Origin: an uncultured delta proteobacterium
GTDB lineage: Bacteria; Desulfobacterota; Binatia; UBA9968
NCBI GenBank assembly: GCA_963771465.1
Contig: CAVYTU010000014.1
Coordinates: forward strand, 608,001-672,000
Length of the DNA stretch: 64,000 bases
Direction of reading: 5' to 3'
Part shown: piece after piece, positions 60,573-64,000 of the stretch
Position numbering within the stretch: the first letter of the stretch is position 1
Layout of the letters: each line of letters starts with the position of its first letter
Position numbers and translations under genes: made by a program
The notes under the pieces: model-generated
Told to the model about the DNA's origin: nothing
Database searches by the model: none
What the model saw: only the letters and a program-made list of their open reading frames with translations

Positions 60573-61066
60573 GCGCCAAGTGGAAGTTTGTCAGCGGCTG
60601 GCTCGCCGTTATTGTCATCCTCGATCAGTTGACCAAGTTCATCGTCGATCGGTCGATGCCTCTGCATCACTCCATTCCTATCATCGACGGCTTTTTCAAC
60701 CTGACCTATGTGCGTAACACCGGCGCGGCGTTCGGCCTCTTCGCCGGTAGCGCAGAGGTTTTCCGCCGGCCTTTTTTGATTTTGGTGTCGATTCTTGCCA
60801 GCGTGTTCATTATCAGCATGATGAAACGGTTGGCGGAGAAGGAAACTGGGCTCATCACTGGGCTTTCTTTCATTCTTGGCGGCGCCATCGGTAATCTCAT
60901 CGATCGCGTGTTCTACGGCGAGGTGATCGATTTTCTCGACGTCTACTGGCGCAATTACCACTGGCCGGCTTTCAACATCGCCGATAGCTTCATCACCATC
61001 GGCGTCGGAATTATGCTTTATTTTCTTTACCAGCATGAAGGCGACGATCCGTTCGCGCGCAAATAG
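60569..61066 (+). CDS. lspA: Lipoprotein signal peptidase II
   Basis: [25 protein letters not shown] and FNIAD motifs; TTG start overlaps the ileS stop. Confidence 0.95.
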   Translation: MSAKWKFVSGWLAVIVILDQLTKFIVDRSMPLHHSIPIIDGFFNLTYVRNTGAAFGLFAGSAEVFRRPFLILVSILASVFIISMMKRLAEKETGLITGLSFILGGAIGNLIDRVFYGEVIDFLDVYWRNYHWPAFNIADSFITIGVGIMLYFLYQHEGDDPFARK

Positions 61067-61085
61067 CGTTGCACTACTGCCGGCC

Positions 61086-61895
61086 ATGCGCTGGCACGGC
61101 TGGCTGTTGTTTGCGTTGGTTCTTCTCGCTGCGTGCCAAGGCGTTAACGGTAATAACGAATCGGTTAGGTCATGGCGCGCGCCGGATTTGAAGCGGGTGC
61201 GCAGCCCGGTGGAATTCGAACGCCAGATTCAGCCGCTCATCGGCAACGTCAAGCAACCTAAAGTTATCTTCATCGGTGTCTATGGCGGCAATCCGCCGCC
61301 GTGGGAAAACGCCGCCTGGTTCGATCCCCAACTGTGGCCAGCCTACCGCGTCGTCGATCTTAACAATGAGACGGAACTCAATCGCATCGCCTACCACGAT
61401 TCGTTGATGCATGTGGTTGCGCTCCATGTCGGCAAGCTTTTTCCCAGCAGCCTGACGCTGATGATTCAGGGCGATAGCAACGTCGTTAGCGATATTATCG
61501 ATTTGATCTACGCGCGCGGCGACCGGCTCTTTCTCGTCGGCCATAGCTTCGGCGGACGCGTCATTGGTGAGGTCGCGCAAGATTTGAGTAAAAAATCGAT
61601 CCCTGTGGAAATGGTCGCTTACATCGAAAGCTTCTGGTCGAGCAGCGTGATACCCGCCAACGTGCGCCAGGCTTTCAATTTCTACGTGCCGGTATCTTTC
61701 GCTCTTTGTCCGGGATTAAACGCGATCAAAGCGGAAGATGAACGCGCCACGCAGGTCATCAATATTGCCGTTCCCGATCCCATTGGACCGTACAGCGGTT
61801 TTTGCGCCGAACATCGCAACATCGATAGCGAACCGCGAGCGTGGAAACCGCTGGTTGAATATTTGAAGTTACAGGCAGCGCCGACAATTCGATGA
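61086..61895 (+). CDS. Putative lipoprotein with alpha/beta-hydrolase fold
   Basis: Lipobox LAAC, nucleophile elbow GHSFG, C-terminal His (EHRNID). Confidence 0.65.
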   Translation: MRWHGWLLFALVLLAACQGVNGNNESVRSWRAPDLKRVRSPVEFERQIQPLIGNVKQPKVIFIGVYGGNPPPWENAAWFDPQLWPAYRVVDLNNETELNRIAYHDSLMHVVALHVGKLFPSSLTLMIQGDSNVVSDIIDLIYARGDRLFLVGHSFGGRVIGEVAQDLSKKSIPVEMVAYIESFWSSSVIPANVRQAFNFYVPVSFALCPGLNAIKAEDERATQVINIAVPDPIGPYSGFCAEHRNIDSEPRAWKPLVEYLKLQAAPTIR

Positions 61896-61905
61896 TCCCG
61901 GCGAG

Positions 61906-62235
61906 TCAAGTTTTCAGAATTACCACAGTCGCTCCCCAACTGCCGGCTTCGAGCGGTGCGTCATGAAAAGACTCGACGTTGGCATGTTTTTCCAGCAGCG
62001 CGCGAATGATGTTGCGCTGCACCCCTTTGCCTTTACCATGGATTAACCGCACTTCGCCAAAGCCGGCCGTTTTACACTGATCGAGATACTCTGCGACGAC
62101 GCTGGGAATTTCTTTCGGCTGAAAAGGATGGAGGTCGAGATGTTCCTCGATGGGAATGACGACCGGGTCAATGAATGGAGAGCCGCCTTCGAAGTCGGAG
62201 ACATCGTCGGCATTTTGTTTGGGTCGCTTGCTCAT
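61906..62235 (-). CDS. Stand-alone Smr domain protein
   Basis: LDLH, IHGKGKG and GSWGAT motifs. Confidence 0.88.
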   Translation of the reverse strand: MSKRPKQNADDVSDFEGGSPFIDPVVIPIEEHLDLHPFQPKEIPSVVAEYLDQCKTAGFGEVRLIHGKGKGVQRNIIRALLEKHANVESFHDAPLEAGSWGATVVILKT

Positions 62236-62296
62236 AAAAAAGAAGACAAGAACGCGTGCTTGCCTTCGCTTATAAATTCGCCATTGTTTGTTGATT

Positions 62297-63313
62297 TCAA
62301 TCCCAGCGTTTATCGCCTTTTAACCGGCCTCCGACCTTGGTGAGAGCGGCTTCGATGATCGAGATATCAACGAGTTTCTCATAGGTCGGCTTTTCTTGAG
62401 CTTTAATGGTGCCGAGCTCGACTTGACGGTTGATGGTCCATTCGACCATGTCCTTTGGCAAGCCATCGTTGACCGGCCAAGCGCCGACATTGGCGAGAAT
62501 ATCGTAAGTCTGCGCAATCGCATCACCGTCTTGCTGAGTGTGTTTCACGGCGATCTCCACGGTTTTGGCCTTGTTATTATAAATAAAGCGATTGGCTTTG
62601 ATTAGCGCCGTCATGATGTCGATGTAAAGTTGGCGATTTTCCTTGATCTCTTTTTCCGGCGCAATATAAGCGGCGTAAAGCCATTTTGGCAGCGGTTCCC
62701 ACAGATTGACGAGAATATTGAGATCAGATTTTTTCTTCTTGGCGACGATCGCTTGATCGACGTGAAGAATCGCCGTGTCGATCTGGCCGCTCAAAAGTCC
62801 GGCGACCCGACCTTTCGTGCTCACCGGTACATAGTCCACGTCCTTTGGCGTTAGACCGCAACTTGCCAACACCGCGCGGCTCATGACTTCGTTAAACGCG
62901 CCGACTTCCTGGATGCCGATTTTTCGCCCTTTCAATTCCTTACAGCTTTTGATGTCACCCTGCACCAGCATCGATTGAGAGAGTTTGTGCGAATAGGTTC
63001 CCAGCACTTTAGTGCCGGCGCCACGCGCCGCGGCGATGATCGCAGGATCGGAGCTTGTCCCCGTGATATCAAGCCCACCGGCCACGCTGCCTCTCAAGGT
63101 CTGAGTACCGCCTTCAAAGGTTACCAACTCAACGTCAATATTCAGGTCGCTAAAGAATCCCATCTCTTTAGCGATATAGGGCGGTAGGTGCACAACATTG
63201 GGTGGGGTGACCGGCACGCCGAAAACAACTTTCCGCTTGGTTTGCGCTTCAGTGGGTTGCGATACCAACGTCATGCTAATGGCGGCGATAAGCAGCCAGA
63301 TTGCTTTTTTCAT
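62297..63313 (-). CDS. NMT1/THI5-like ABC transporter substrate-binding protein
   Basis: Signal peptide; IAKEMGFF, LKGRKIGI and LLSGQID motifs. Confidence 0.82.
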   Translation of the reverse strand: MKKAIWLLIAAISMTLVSQPTEAQTKRKVVFGVPVTPPNVVHLPPYIAKEMGFFSDLNIDVELVTFEGGTQTLRGSVAGGLDITGTSSDPAIIAAARGAGTKVLGTYSHKLSQSMLVQGDIKSCKELKGRKIGIQEVGAFNEVMSRAVLASCGLTPKDVDYVPVSTKGRVAGLLSGQIDTAILHVDQAIVAKKKKSDLNILVNLWEPLPKWLYAAYIAPEKEIKENRQLYIDIMTALIKANRFIYNNKAKTVEIAVKHTQQDGDAIAQTYDILANVGAWPVNDGLPKDMVEWTINRQVELGTIKAQEKPTYEKLVDISIIEAALTKVGGRLKGDKRWD

Positions 63314-63334
63314 AGCGACCCCCCTTTGCTTTGC

Positions 63335-64000
63335 TCAATCTTTTTCTATCGCAGTACGCCAGGGCGCAATGCGTCCTTCGATCCTTTTGGCCAACGACAT
63401 CAGTCCCACCCCTAATAGCATAACCACGACGATGGGAACAAAGAGTTTATCGGTCTCAAGCGCATTGGCATAGCGCACGATCATATAACCCAGACCCGTC
63501 ACCGAAGTGTAAAATTCGGCGACGATCATTCCCACCAGACCGCGGCCGATAGCAAGCCGCACGCCGGCAACGATGAACGGAATCGCCGACGGGATGATGA
63601 GATGGCGCCAGAGTTGGCCTTCACTGGAGCAAAAGGAGCGTGCGACTTCCTGGAGATGGCGATCGACGTTTTTCACTCCCTCGAAAGTGTTGAGCAGTAC
63701 CGGAAAAACCATGAACGAGAAAACAATCACGACCTTGGCGGGAATTTTAAATCCAAACCACAAGACGATTAAGGGGACGACCGCAACCATCGGCGTCGAA
63801 TACAGCGCACTAATGTAGATATCAGCGGCCCATTCGACGATCGAGAATCGGCCCATGACGACGCCAAAGAGTACGCCCACCAAGATGGCTAGAATCGACG
63901 CGTAAGTCAGCACCAACAGGCTGCTGGTCATGTAGCTCTGCAGTTCGCCGCTGGCCACCAACGAAACAAAAGCTCGCGCAACTGCGGTCGGGTAGGTAAA
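63335..64000 (-). CDS. SsuC/TauC-type ABC transporter permease (5' partial)
   Basis: P.VAVVPL..LWFG, EAA-like loop EVARSF, P.I.AG.R...GR and AEF...GLG motifs; frame is open to the window end. Confidence 0.85.
   Translation of the reverse strand, partial: FTYPTAVARAFVSLVASGELQSYMTSSLLVLTYASILAILVGVLFGVVMGRFSIVEWAADIYISALYSTPMVAVVPLIVLWFGFKIPAKVVIVFSFMVFPVLLNTFEGVKNVDRHLQEVARSFCSSEGQLWRHLIIPSAIPFIVAGVRLAIGRGLVGMIVAEFYTSVTGLGYMIVRYANALETDKLFVPIVVVMLLGVGLMSLAKRIEGRIAPWRTAIEKD

Overview
A 64 kb stretch of core bacterial chromosome with moderately high GC and dense coding. The gene content and order suggest a deltaproteobacteria-like lineage such as Candidatus Binatia; this is inference only. Housekeeping blocks: bactofilin + atpF'F-H-A-G-D-C (no atpB/E); mnmE-mnmG-parA-parB with two identical parS sites and no rsmG; amtB-glnA-glnB; ileS-lspA; ispH; msrA; a cold-shock gene; a cyclophilin. 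Between them lie many uncharacterised catabolic and transport genes (TTT and NMT1-type binding proteins, cupins, VOC, enolase-superfamily, PrpD, UbiD, LLM), a fused trehalose TPS-TPP, and a Csu/spore-coat-U-type chaperone-usher cluster with sigma54-like promoters. I saw no rRNA, tRNA, CRISPR array, integrase or transposase. Three single-base insertions (ICL/PEPM gene, atpA, tctC) look like sequencing errors. Best leads: (1) a bicupin + EutA-like ATPase module without eutBC, directly behind atpC; (2) an usher with a triplicated N-terminal domain; (3) a secreted protein of unknown family with Ig-like repeats and a sigma54-like promoter; (4) a parS abutting the mnmG start codon inside an AT-enriched zone; (5) a minimal IrrE/ImmA-like HEXXH protein leading ileS-lspA; (6) inverted 6-7-mer tandem-repeat elements between atp genes. 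All calls come from reading motifs by eye, with no database searches.
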